64,000 nt of DNA from Macrostomum lignano (taxonomy: Eukaryota): the NCBI GenBank assembly GCA_002269645.1, contig NIVC01000093.1:496001-560000 (forward strand). The letters are read 5' to 3'. This document shows, piece after piece, positions 23,201 through 34,324 of the stretch (the stretch's first letter is position 1; the number at the start of each line of letters is the position of its first letter). The position numbers were made by a program, and so were the translations under genes. Below the pieces are notes generated by a model, which saw only the letters and a list, made by a program, of their open reading frames with translations, made no database searches and was not told the origin of the DNA.

Positions 23201-23985
23201 GACTCTCCAGCGTCTTCCAGAATGAAGTCCTTGCCATCAGCTCCTGTGCAGCTGAGCTCCACTGCAAGGACTTCAAGGACAGAAGAATCTTCTTCCACTC
23301 TGACAGCCAGGCCGCTTTACAGGCCCTGTGTCACACCACTACGAACTCCCGAACAGTCCGCGACTGTATCGGGCAGCTCAACAAGCTGGCTCGGAGGAAC
23401 ACCGTCCGGCTCACGTGGATCCCAGGACACGCCGGCTTCAAAGGTAACGAGCTCGCCGACTCCCTCGCTAAGGCGGGCTGTTCCGGCTCGCCCCTTGGCC
23501 CCGTGCCCCTGGCCCCCATCCCCGCCACAGTCATTAATCGTCAGATTAACGACTGGGCGGACATCCTGCACTTGCGCAGATGGGATGGTATCTCCAACTG
23601 CCGCCAATCTCGTGCGGCAGTGCCCAATCCGTCCCTCAAGCTGCGGAGAATCCTTTTGAATCAAAATCGAAAAGATATCCGCGCTCTCACTATGACCTTT
23701 ACAGGTCACGGTTGCTTTGCCAGGCACTGCTTCCTCCGATGTGTTCGCCGGAGTGAACTCTGCCCCTTCTGCAGCCTCGAGAATGAAGATGCCAAGCACT
23801 TCGTCTGCTACTGCCCGGCCTTCAACCGAGACCGGCTCAACCACCTCGGGCCCAACCCGTCCCTGGACGACGTTTGCCGGCCCGAGAACATCCCACGGCT
23901 CATCCGGTTCCTCCGGGCCACCAAACGAGCCTCCGTCTTCCCCACCGAAGACAACGCTGCAGACAGGACCGGCAGACCTCTCTGA
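20283..23985 (+). pseudogene. LINE copy B ORF2: APE-RT-RNase H-CCHC with a frameshift and a nonsense codon
   Basis: ORFs 20283..21536, 21544..22383 and 22432..23985. The frameshift is in the C-run near 21530-21536, and TAG at 22381-22383 stands where copy A has TGG (W). Motifs QVNLQH, GYADD, FTDGS, WIPGH and CPFC..H..C are present. Confidence 0.92.
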
Positions 23986-25074
23986 CCGGCCCCGCGCCCT
24001 AGCCTTTGCGGGTCTTTCAGGGATTAGCGGAATGGGCGACGCTCGCCTCCCCGCTGCGTCTTCGGACCGCCCTGCAGCTAAGTCAAGTCAAGTCAAGTAA
24101 GTCAAGTACATACAGTAAGTCTTTGTGTAGGCTCTTTTACACCGATGCAATGACAAGCCAAAAAAACGGTCATTGTTGCACCAATTCAGCAACTTCAACC
24201 GTTGTTTTAAATTGATACATATAAGAGCAGGCATATTACATGTACTTTGTTTCTTGCCACACGTTCTGGAATTTATGTCCTCTGTACATCATACTATCTG
24301 CCCAAGTGACCAATCAGTTCGCCCAACCCATCTCTCTAATTTCTCTCGTCCAATCAAATCTATTGATAATTAACTGGAATAGAATTGTGAAGGTTAAAAA
24401 TCGATAAAATCGTATGGATTGTTCAGCGCGTGGCTTGAGTTTATACTACTGGTAGTAGCTGATTCTTGTCCCAATAGGTTTAGATGGTTTGGAGAAAAAT
24501 GATAAAACCGTAGCAAACATTCTGCGTATCATTTTAAAAAATATCAGGTGACAATTACAAATTAGCTATTGAAGAGAAGCAATAAATCGAGTACATTTTT
24601 ATAATGTCAAAAAGATTTCGGTTTTGTAGACAAAACCAAGAACCGGCACCCATCACCCTTCAGTTAATATTGATTGGTCAAACGTTTAAGTTTGTTAATG
24701 AACGCAAATTACCATTTTAAAGGTTTTAAATAAAAGTGTTTTTCAGGCTAATATATATACAAATCAAAACACAACTTATGATTAAAATAATGCTGAATTT
24801 ACAAGAGTATAGTGAATGGTTAGCAAGAGAAGATTATTAAAAATGCAAGATACAACACAAACACGCGCATAACTACATCAACAAAAATTGATTAATGATC
24901 ACAATCTCAATAGTTCCAGATCTGACTAGAATTCATCATCAAAAGTCATTAGACGGTTTTTAACTGAAGTTGAAATGATGAAAAATGACTCGAAATTCAT
25001 GCACAACGAAGCCAGTACAGTAAAGTCAGTATATACTTCTTATTGATTAGCATAATAGTACTTAACAACCGGAC

Positions 25075-26930
25075 TCTCCACCGACCCTGGATCTCAAGCG
25101 ATTTTTTATCCTAGATCACCAATCTCGGATCTCTGACCTGGGATCTCTGACCCGGAATCTCTGACCCGGGATCTCTGACCCTAGATCAGTGAGTGACCCG
25201 GGATCTCTGACCCTGGATCTCTGACACGGGATATCTGACCATAGATCTCTGACCCAGGATCTCGGACCTTGGATCTCTAACCCTAGATCTCTGACCCGGG
25301 ATCCCTGACCCTGAATTTGATCCTGGATTTCTGACCCTAGATCTTTGACCCTGAATTTGATCCTGGATTTCTGACCCGAGATCTCTGACCCGGGATCTCT
25401 GACCCGGGATCTCTGACCCTGGATCTCTGACCCGGGATCTCTGACCCTGGATCTCTGACCCTGGATCTCTGACCCGGGATCTCTGACCCTGGATCTCTGA
25501 CCCTGGATCTCTGACACGGGATGTCTGACCCGGGATCTCTGACCCTGGATCTCTGAACCGGGATCTCTGACCCTGGATCTCTGACCCGGGATCTCTGACC
25601 CTGGATCTCTGACCCTGGATCTCTGACCCGGGATCTCTGACCCTGGATCTCTGACCCTGGATCTCTGACCCTGGATCTCTGACACGGGATGTCTGACCCT
25701 GGATCTCTGACCCTGGATCTCTGACACGGGATCTCTGAACCGGGATCTCTGACCCTGGATCTCTGACACGGGATCTCTGAACCTGGATCTCTGACCCCTG
25801 ATCTTTGACCCTGGATATCACTGACCCTGGATATTTTTGACCCTGAATCACCAATCCTGGATTTCTGACCCTGGATCTCTGACCCTGGATCTCTGACACG
25901 GGATCTCTGAACCGGGATCTCTAACCTGGATCTCTGACACGGGATCTCTGAACCTGGATCTTTGACCCCTGATCTTTGACCCTGGATATCACTGACCCTG
26001 GATTTTTTTGACCCTGAATCACCAATCCTGGATTTCTGACCCTGGATCTCTGACCCTGGATCTCTGACACGGGATCTCTGACCCAGTATCTCTGACCCTG
26101 GATCTCTGACACGGGATCTCTGAACCGGGATCTCTAACCTGGATCTCTGACACGGGATCTCTGAACCTGGATCTTTGACCCTGGATATCACTGACCCTGG
26201 ATATTTTTGACCCTGAATCACCAATCCTGGATTTCTGACCCTGGATCTCTGACCCTGGATCTCTGACCCTGGATCTCTGACACGGGATCTCTGACCCAGT
26301 ATCTCTGACCCTGGATCTCTGACACGGGATCTCTGACCAGGGATCTCTGAACCTGGATCTCTGACCCCTGATCTTTGACCCTGGATATCTCTGACGCCGG
26401 ATATCACTGACCCTGAATTACCAATCCTGGATTTCTGACTCGGGATCGCTGACCCCTGATCTTTGACCCCGGATCGCTAAACCCAGGATCTTTGACCCGG
26501 GATCTCTGAACCTGGATCTCTGAACCTGGATCTCTGAACCTGGATCTCTGACCCCTGATCTTTGACCCTGGATATCTCTGACGCCGGATATCACTGACCT
26601 TGGATATCTCTGACCCTGGATCTTTGACCCTAGATCTCTGACCATAGATCTCTGACCCCGGATCTCTGACCCTGAATTTGACCCTGGATTTCTGACCCGG
26701 GATCTCTGACCCTGGATCTCTGACCCTGGATCCTTGAACCTGGATCTCTGACTCGGGATCTCTGACCCTGGATCTTTGACCCTAGATCTCTGACCCTAGA
26801 TCCTTGACAAGGGATTCCTGACCAAGGATCTCTGACACGGAATCCCTGAGCTTGGGTCTCTGAGCCTGGATCACTGACCCTGGATTTCTGACCTTGGACC
26901 TCCGACCATAGAACTCCGACCCTAGATCTT
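25075..26930. repeat. 14-bp minisatellite (ctgaccctggatct) with higher-order variant blocks
   Basis: Continuous ggatctctgaccc(t/g) units, with a recurring variant cassette (gatatcactgaccctgg..ctgaatcaccaatcctggatttctg). It generates the RSRVRDPGSEIQGQ ORFs. Confidence 0.97.
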
Positions 26931-27013
26931 CAGCACAGATGCAAGTGTAGGAATGTTAAACGCATGGGCCAAACACACTGCCGCAAGTCAGTGTCTGGTC
27001 TCTGCAGCCGGTC

Positions 27014-30000
27014 TCAGCCCTGCAAGCTGTCCCGCATCAGGCCCAGCAGCTGTTCCTGCGGCAGCGCCTGAACAGCGCCAAACAGAGACAGCCAGGCGCG
27101 CCCAGCCCGCGCTAACGGACCGGCCAGGAGCTCCGCGCACCTGTTGTATCGTTCCGCGAAATCGTGCGGCCCAACCGAGTACAGGTGAGCGTAGAGAGCC
27201 CCAGCTAGGCGGCTGAGAGACTCCAGCCTGGCCGACTGGCAGCTCGGACAGGCGCCAGCTTCGGCCGAACTCGGCGCCAGACCGGACAGCGCCGCGACAA
27301 GCGCTACCGCCGTCTCGTCGCCGAGACTCCAGTCGGCCAGGCAGACAACGGCCGGGCACAGTTCGGCGAGGCTACCGACGCCTTCGGGCGCGCCGGCGGC
27401 TAGCGAGTCGCACAGTCGACGCAGCGGCAGTCGAAGTCGAGCGTCGGCAAACAGGCGCAACTCGTCATCGTGTCGGCTGTAGGCCAGGCAAGTTAACGGT
27501 GCGGCGCCGAACGCCAGAGCGGCGCGGAGGTGGCCGCTGAGACAGCAGGCGCCCATGCCGGAGGAGGCGCATCCGGCAAAGAAGCCGGTGAGACGGCGCA
27601 GAGCGGCGATAGCCTGTTATTAGCAAAGCAAGTGTGTAATCTACCTGACTAAGTGTGTAATTTACCTGGCTAAGTGTGTAATCTACCTGACTAAGTGTGT
27701 AATCTACCTGGCTAAGTGTGTAATCTACCTAGCCAAGTGTGTAATCTACCTGACTAAGTGTTTAATCTACTTGGCTAAGTGTGTAATCTACCTAGCCAAG
27801 TGTGTAATCTACTTGGCTAAGCGTGTAATCTACCTGGCTAAGTATGTAATCTACCTGGCTAAGTGTGTAATCTACCTAGCCAAGTGTGTAATCTACCAGA
27901 CTAACTGTGTAATCTACCTGGCTAAGTGTGTAATCAATCTAGCCAGGTGTGTAATCGATCTAGACAGGTGTGTAATCCATCTAGCCAGGTGTGTAATCGA
28001 TCTAGACAGGTGTGTAATCCATCTAGCCAGGTGTGTAATCGATCTAGACAGGTTTGTAATCCATCTAGACAGGTGTGTAATCCATCTAGCCAGGTGTGTA
28101 ATCGATCTAGACAGGTTTGTAATCCATCTAGACAGGTGTGTAATCGATCTAGACAGGTGTGTAATCCATCTAGACAGGTGTGTAATCCATCTAGACAGGT
28201 GTGTAATCCATCTAGACAGGTGTGTAATCCATCTAGACAGGTGTGTAATCCATCTAGACAGGTGTGTAATCCATCTAGACAGGTGTGTAATCCATCTAGA
28301 CAGGTGTGTAATCCATCTAGACAGGTGTGTAATCCATCTAGACAGGTGTGTAATCCATCTGGCATCCAGGCATCAGACGTCCCTAACCTGAAGGCAGGCG
28401 TGGCCAGCCAGAGGCGGCACCGACTGCGAAACGCCAGAGTTGTCGGCGGCAGCAACTGCGCCCCGACTCGGCGGTTCCAGCGACAGCCCGGCGGGCCCAA
28501 ATCGACGGTAGAGCGACAGAACGCTGGAGGTCAGGGCGAGCCGCTGCGGCCGCGCCTCCAGACTGCCCGGTTGGCGGGCTACGGCGGCGAACACGGAACG
28601 AAGATTGGCCTCCTCCACAGCCGGATCGGACAGCAGGCCTTGCAGAGCCGCTTCGGTTTGTGCGGCCCGAGCCACCATGCCGGCCAGGGCGACGAAAGCG
28701 GCGTCGGACGCGCTCGGCGCTGGCGCCGGCGCCAGCGGGGGTGGGGGCGGCGCCGTCGTTGGAATCTCAAGCTTTATACGGGCGTCGTCTGTTGCGGTGT
28801 TTTTTATTTGAAAAAATAATGAAAAAACCCCAATGCCACTAATTATTATTCCTACATTTCTACCATAAGTAGAGTAGTTAACAAAATGGCACTGTCATTA
28901 GTTTTAAACAAGCAAAATTTACTGCTAGTTTTGCTAGTTTACTATTATTTACTGCTAGCAGAGTAAGATTAAAACACGGAAATAATTTTGATTTGGGTCA
29001 CAATGGTAGGTCATACCAAGTGATCAGAAAGCTACATGGGTGCAATAATTGGGTCACAATGGTAGGTCATGCCAAGTGATCAGAAAGCTACATGGGTGCA
29101 ATAATTGGGTCACAATGGTAGGTCATGCCAAGTGATCAGAAAGCTACATGGGTGCAATAATTGGGTCACAATGGTAGGTCATGCCAAGTGATCAGAAAGC
29201 TACATGGGTGCAATAATTGGGTCACAATGGTAGGTCATGCCAAGTGATCAGAAAGCTACATGGGTGCAATAATTGGGTCACAATGGTAGGTCATGCCAAG
29301 TGATCAGAAAGCTACATGGGTGCAATAATTGGGTCACAATGGTAGGTCATGCCAAGTGATCAGAAAGCTACATGGGTGCAATAATTGGGTCACAATGGTA
29401 GGTCATGCCAAGTGATCAGAAAGCTACATGAGTCTCAACAGTGGGTCACAATGGTAGGTCATACCAAGTGATCAGAAAGCTAAATGGGTGCAATAATTGG
29501 GTCACAATGGTAGGTCATACCAAGTGATCAGAAAGCTACATGGGTGCAATAATTGGGTCACAATGGTAGGTCATGCCAAGTGATCAGAAAGCTACATGAG
29601 TCTCAACAGTGGGTCACAATAGTAGGTCATACCAAGTGATCAGAAAGCTAAATGGGTGCAATAATCGGGTCACAATGGTAGGTCATGCCAAGTGATCAGA
29701 AAGCTACATGAGTCTCAACAGTGGGTCACAATGGTAGGTCATACCAAGTGATCAGAAAGCTAAATGGGTGCAATAATTGGGTCACAATGGTAGGTCATGC
29801 CAAGTGATCAGAAAGCTACATGAGTCTCAACAGTGGGTCACAATAGTAGGTCATACCAAGTGATCAGAAAGCTAAATGGGTGCAATAATCGGGTCACAAT
29901 GGTAGGTCATGCCAAGTGATCAGAAAGCTACATGAGTCTCAACAGTGGGTCACAATGGTAGGTCATACCAAGTGATCAGAAAGCTAAATGGGTGCAATAA

Positions 30001-30605
30001 TTGGGTCACAATGGTAGGTCACAAGAGCAAACACAGCAGCAGACTGGCGCCTCACCGGAAACGTCACCACTTTCGACGCCCAACTGGTTCAGAGCGTCAG
30101 CGGCCGCGTCAACTCCGGCGGGCTCGTCGCCGGAGCATCCAGCGGTCGGAGCTCCGGCCCCGGACCCGGCGGAAGCCGCTTTGCCAACTTGCATGTATCC
30201 GGGATCCAGGCCAACAGAGTAGCACTTGGCTAGGCGGCATGCTGGGCAATCGTTTCGGGTTGTCTTGGTAACCAAACAGTAGGGAGAAGGTCTCGAAGCG
30301 CTAGTGTCCCCGTTATCATCTTGCTGCCGTTTTAATTGCTGCTTTTTGCAGAACAACGTTTTAGCGGAATTCCGCCGGAAGAAGTGCTTGCAAGACTCGC
30401 AGCAGACTCTGCCGAAATTATAATTGACGGCCAGGTCTCCGCACACGGTGCAGACCCGCTGCTCCGCCGGTTCGCCAGGTTTGGCTTTTTTCTTGGAGTG
30501 CCGCTTCCGTTTGGGCGGGTCGGCGGGGGCGGAGGCGGCTGGGGCAGGGGCGGAGGACAGGGCAACGACGTCGCTCTCTGTGAGAACGGATAAGTCTGAC
30601 TGCTC
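27014..30605 (-). CDS. Nuclear hormone receptor, HR96/DAF-12 (NR1J)-like DBD with divergent ligand-binding domain; 5' coding start not resolved
   Basis: Exons 30605-30056 (donor tccg|gtgagg, phase 1), 28788-28388 (acceptor caacag|ac; donor cag|gttagg, phase 0) and 27613-27014 (acceptor aacag|gct; stop TGA). [42 protein letters not shown]-like helices [26 protein letters not shown] and a terminal LLGLMRDSL. Confidence 0.85.
27628..28372. repeat. 21-bp intronic minisatellite with a sequence gradient
   Basis: gtgtaatctacctggctaagt at the left grades into gtgtaatccatctagacaggt at the right. Confidence 0.97.
28995..30021. repeat. 56/55-bp intronic minisatellite, about 18 units
   Basis: Unit gggtcacaatggtaggtcatgccaagtgatcagaaagctacatgggtgcaataatt, with starts at 28995 and 29051. 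The right half alternates with a 55-bp variant (catgagtctcaacagt). Confidence 0.97.
30056..30605 (-). CDS. Nuclear receptor DNA-binding-domain exon (two C4 zinc fingers, P-box CESCKH)
   Basis: The C-x2-C-x13-C-x2-C first finger and the C..C-x9-C-x2-C second finger read directly in ORF 30006..31364. Confidence 0.92.
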
Positions 30606-30661
30606 CTGAAGTTTATTGCAGGTTTTAAACTGTATTGGAATGTGGGCAAATTTCACGGGAA

Positions 30662-31335
30662 TGTGAGATAATGAAGGAGGGCAGTGTGAGATAATGAAGG
30701 GAGGGCAGTGTGAGATAATGAAGGGAGGGCAGTGTGAGATAATGAAGGGAGGGCAGTGTGAGATAATGAAAGGAGGGCAGTGTGAGATAATGAAGGGAGG
30801 GCAGTGTGAGATAATGAAGGGAGGGCAGTGTGAGATAATGAAGGGGTGTGGGATAATGAAGGGAGGGCAGTGTGAGATAATGAAAGGAGGGCAGTGTGAG
30901 ATAATGAAGGGAGGGCAGTGTGAGATAATGAAGGGACGGCAGTGTGAGATAATGGAGGGCAGTGTGAGATAATAAAGGGAGGGCAGTGTGAGATAATGAA
31001 GGGAGGGCAGTGTGAGATAATGGAGGGCAGTGTGAGATAATGAAGGGGTGTGAGATAATGAAGGGAGGGCAGTGTGAGATAATGAAAGGAGGGCAGTGTG
31101 AGATAATGAAGGGAGGGCAGTGTGAGATAATGAAGGGAGGGCAGTGTGAGATAATGGAGGGCAGTGTGAGATAATGAAGGGGTGTGAGATAATGAAGGGA
31201 GGGCAGTGTGAGATAATGAAGGGAGGGCAGTGTGAGATAATGAAGGGAGGGCAGTATGAGATAATGAAGAAAGGGCAGTGTAAGATAATGAAAGGAGGGC
31301 ACTGTGAGATAATGAAGGGAGGGCAGTGTGAGATA
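30662..31335. repeat. 24-bp minisatellite
   Basis: gtgagataatgaagggagggcagt repeated. It generates the MKGGQCEI and ISHCPPFI ORFs. Confidence 0.97.
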
Positions 31336-31789
31336 GTTATCAGAGGAGGGAAGTGTATTGGCAAATTTCAGTCTGTTAAAGTAAATTAAAATAACGAAGC
31401 GAGTGCTTACAAGTCAATAGTAGTTTTAAAAAAAATTAAGCACACCAGTTGCTGGAATTGTGCGAGTGTCTAAAATTTACTATAAATCATTCATGAGCTA
31501 TAAAGACTTAACAAACTCAGCTGTATTTACATATTATCCATATTTACCACACCTGCAAACTCTAGATTAGAATAGAAATAGATAATTACACAAATATTAG
31601 AATCATCAGTTTATCATTGTATGACCTTATCGTAAAAACGGAATTCATGGATTTTAATTATTTATCAGGGAAATATAAGAATGTATTGTAGACACACGCC
31701 AAAACAATTTAAATAATAATAGACAAAGCTTAAAAGACATTTCATTCAGCTATTGAGCAAATAATCTTGAAATAGGCCTAGAAGTTAGT

Positions 31790-32108
31790 GGCGGCACATC
31801 AAAAGAACTGGGGTAGAGAGAGGGCTAGCCGCGGCACATCAAAGGAACTGGGGTAGAGAGAGCTAGCGGCGGCACATCAAAGGCACTGGGTTAGAGAGAG
31901 CTAGCGGCGGCGTATCAAAGGAACTGGGGTATAGAGGGCTAGCGGCGGCACATCAAAGGAACTGGGGTAGAGAGAGCTAGCGGCGGCACATCAAAGGAAC
32001 TGGGGTAGAGAGAGCTAGCGGCGGCACATCAAAGGAACTGGGGTAGAGAGAGCTAGCGGCGGCACATCAAAGGAACTGGGTTAGAGAGGGCTAGCGGCGG
32101 CACATCAA
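31790..32108. repeat. 38-bp minisatellite, about 8 copies
   Basis: ggcggcacatcaaaggaactggggtagagagagctagc repeated. Confidence 0.95.
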
Positions 32109-32227
32109 AAAACGACATCACAGGTAAAGTAGCATAAACAAGGTAGCTGAATAAAAAATTAAGAAATTACACACTAAACTCATATTTACAGCGCAGAATG
32201 GAACACTGTTAACGAATTTCTTACACA

Positions 32228-34269
32228 TCACCTACGCTTATGAGTATAATAGTGCCTACTTTCTCTGGGTACGCCCAGCAAGTCGCACATGTGCATGCAC
32301 ACGAAAATGTAATAGGCGTACAGGCCCAAAACTAGCAGTATAACTTTCCAAATCTGCGACGATATGGCGCGCGGGATCTGAAAGATTTTTTTTTAAATGA
32401 TGAATTATAATAAATATGAGACATAAGGATGCGATACAAGGAGATAAGGATGAGAGACACGGAGATAAGAATGAGAGACGCAGGGATATAAGGATGAGAG
32501 ACATGGAGATAAGGATGAGAGACAGGGAGATAAGGGTGAGAGACAGGGAGATAAGGGTGAGAGACAAGGAGATAAGGATGAGAGACAGGGAGATAAGGGT
32601 GAGAGACAAGGAGATAAGGATGAGAGACAGGGAGATAAGGGTGAGAGACAGGGAGATAAGGATCAGAGACGGGAGATAAGGATGAGAGACATGGAGATAA
32701 GGATGAGAGACAGGGAGATAAGGGTGAGAGACAGGGAGATAAGGGTGAGAGACAAGGAGATAAGGATGAGAGACAGGGAGATAAGGGTGAGAGACAGGGA
32801 GATAAGGATCAGAGACGGGAGATAAGGATCAAGAGACTGGAGATAAGGATGACATACAGGGAGATAAGGATGAGAGAACAGTGAGTCAGAACAGAGAGAA
32901 GGGTGATTGAGACATAATTGAAACAAACGAAGGATAATGCATTGGAAAAACCGGCTTACAAAGGACTTATGCACGGTATAATATTTATCGCAGGTCAGAT
33001 AGCCGCAAACTGAATCGTACAGCTCGGCTGCAATAGAAAATAGAGTACAAGAAGTGAAAAATTCGTTTTTATAAAAAGCATTAAACTACTAATAGTAGCT
33101 GGCTTGTACTAGCCTGCGCCGCTTACTTTGAACAGCTTTGCCTGTCTGACCAGAATGAGTGCACGAGGCTACGGCTTGCTTGAAAATGGATTTGACAGGG
33201 TTGAGAAGTTAGGTTAATGCTAGATTACGAGATTAGTGTTTAAATTGAAAAATAGCATAGATAAAAAAGCTGATTATTACGATGCATTTCTCCATTAAGG
33301 GCAGCATTTGGGCCTCCTTGCACAGAGCCTGTCGCCAGAAGTCGAAGTTCTCGGGCAACGATAGAACGCGACAGCGCAGCAGGGGACATGCGTCCGCTAG
33401 GCATGCTGTGCCATTCTGTTTAGGGTAGAATTTTTGATAAACTAAGTGCTAATTAGTCTACGTAGCGTTAAGAGAGGGGCTAGGTAAGGCCAACTGTCTA
33501 GACTGACCAATCAGACACACCGGAGTGAGGTGGGTGTGCTGGGGTAAAGTCCACTGACCAATCAGACACTTGGAGTGAGGTGGGTGTGCTGGGGTAAAGC
33601 CAACTGACCAATCAGACACGCAGGAGTGAGGTGGGTGTGCTGGGGTAAAGCCCACTGACCAATCAGACACACCAGAGTGAGGTGGGTGTGCTGGGGTAAA
33701 GCCCACTGGCCAATCAGACACGCCGGGTGTGGTGTGGATAGACTACTATTTTCGAGTTTAGCATAACACTGAACATCGCTCACAGCCACAGTCTCCGGAT
33801 GTCGCCTCTCGTAATGATTCCAAAGCGACGACTCTCTATAGAACGACTTGCCGCAGTAGCCGCACTGCCAATTGCTGACACTATTGGCAAATGTTCGTTT
33901 CTCGTTGTCATAGTAACGGCTTGGTTTAGGTTGGAATAGACAGCCGGGAGGGATCTCGGCCGAGTGACGTTCGTAGATAGGAAGGATCAACTGCGAATTA
34001 GGGAATTAGGAACTAATTTTAGAGACTGATACTTTTACCTTTGATCACATGCACACCAATGCTAGATATGAACTGCTCACTTTTTCAATGATACTAAGAG
34101 CCTCCTTGGACTTCTGCCGACTGCAGCGGTCGCTTCCAGAGCTGTCATCTGCTCGATAGCCAATAGGCAACAAAGCGGCAAGAATCAATACAGTAGCAAG
34201 CTGTCTCGCCGATGGCAAAGGGCGTGCCACCGATAGACAGAACGGTCCAATAGAAGTCATGAAATGCAA
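32228..34269 (-). CDS. Membrane-anchored single-C2H2/Cys-rich protein of unknown function, 6 exons, about 266 aa
   Basis: Exons 34269-34081, 33990-33784, 33415-33281, 33178-33127, 33027-32960 and 32377-32228, all GT-AG and phase-consistent. It has an N-terminal hydrophobic stretch (LATVLILAALLP), CSRQKSKEALSII, WQCGYCGKSF..LWNHYERRH, CLADACPLLRC, VCGYLTC, and a C-terminal TM (IWKVILLVLGLYAYYIFVC). Confidence 0.85.
32415..32878. repeat. 21-bp purine-rich intronic minisatellite
   Basis: gagataagggtgagagacagg repeated. Confidence 0.95.
33497..33735. repeat. 51-bp intronic minisatellite, about 4.5 copies, CCAAT-containing
   Basis: ctgaccaatcagacacaccggagtgaggtgggtgtgctggggtaaagtcca, with starts at 33503, 33554, 33604 and 33655. 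Confidence 0.93.
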
Positions 34270-34324
34270 TTCAATTCTAATAAATCAAAGCATTCAAGTA
34301 TTGCTGATATTTTATTAAACCACA

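Larger units (their letters stand above)
18291..24105 (+). mobile_element. Full-length R1/LOA-type LINE copy B (different family), disabled
   Basis: It has the same 5' leader as copy A, ORF1, an APE-RT-RNaseH ORF2 and an (AGTCA)n tail at 24080-24105. TSD gtacatacagtaagt at 18276-18290 and 24106-24120. Confidence 0.95.

Noticed and set aside
25116-26645. Long repetitive ORFs (RSRVRDPGSEIQGQ..., and likewise those over 544-1095, 27771-28500, 30625-31389, 34277-34831, 36013-36513, 38117-38987, 45058-45888, 52998-54079)
   Set aside because: They are translations of tandem repeats, open in several frames or on both strands, and mostly lie inside introns defined by phase-consistent splice sites.
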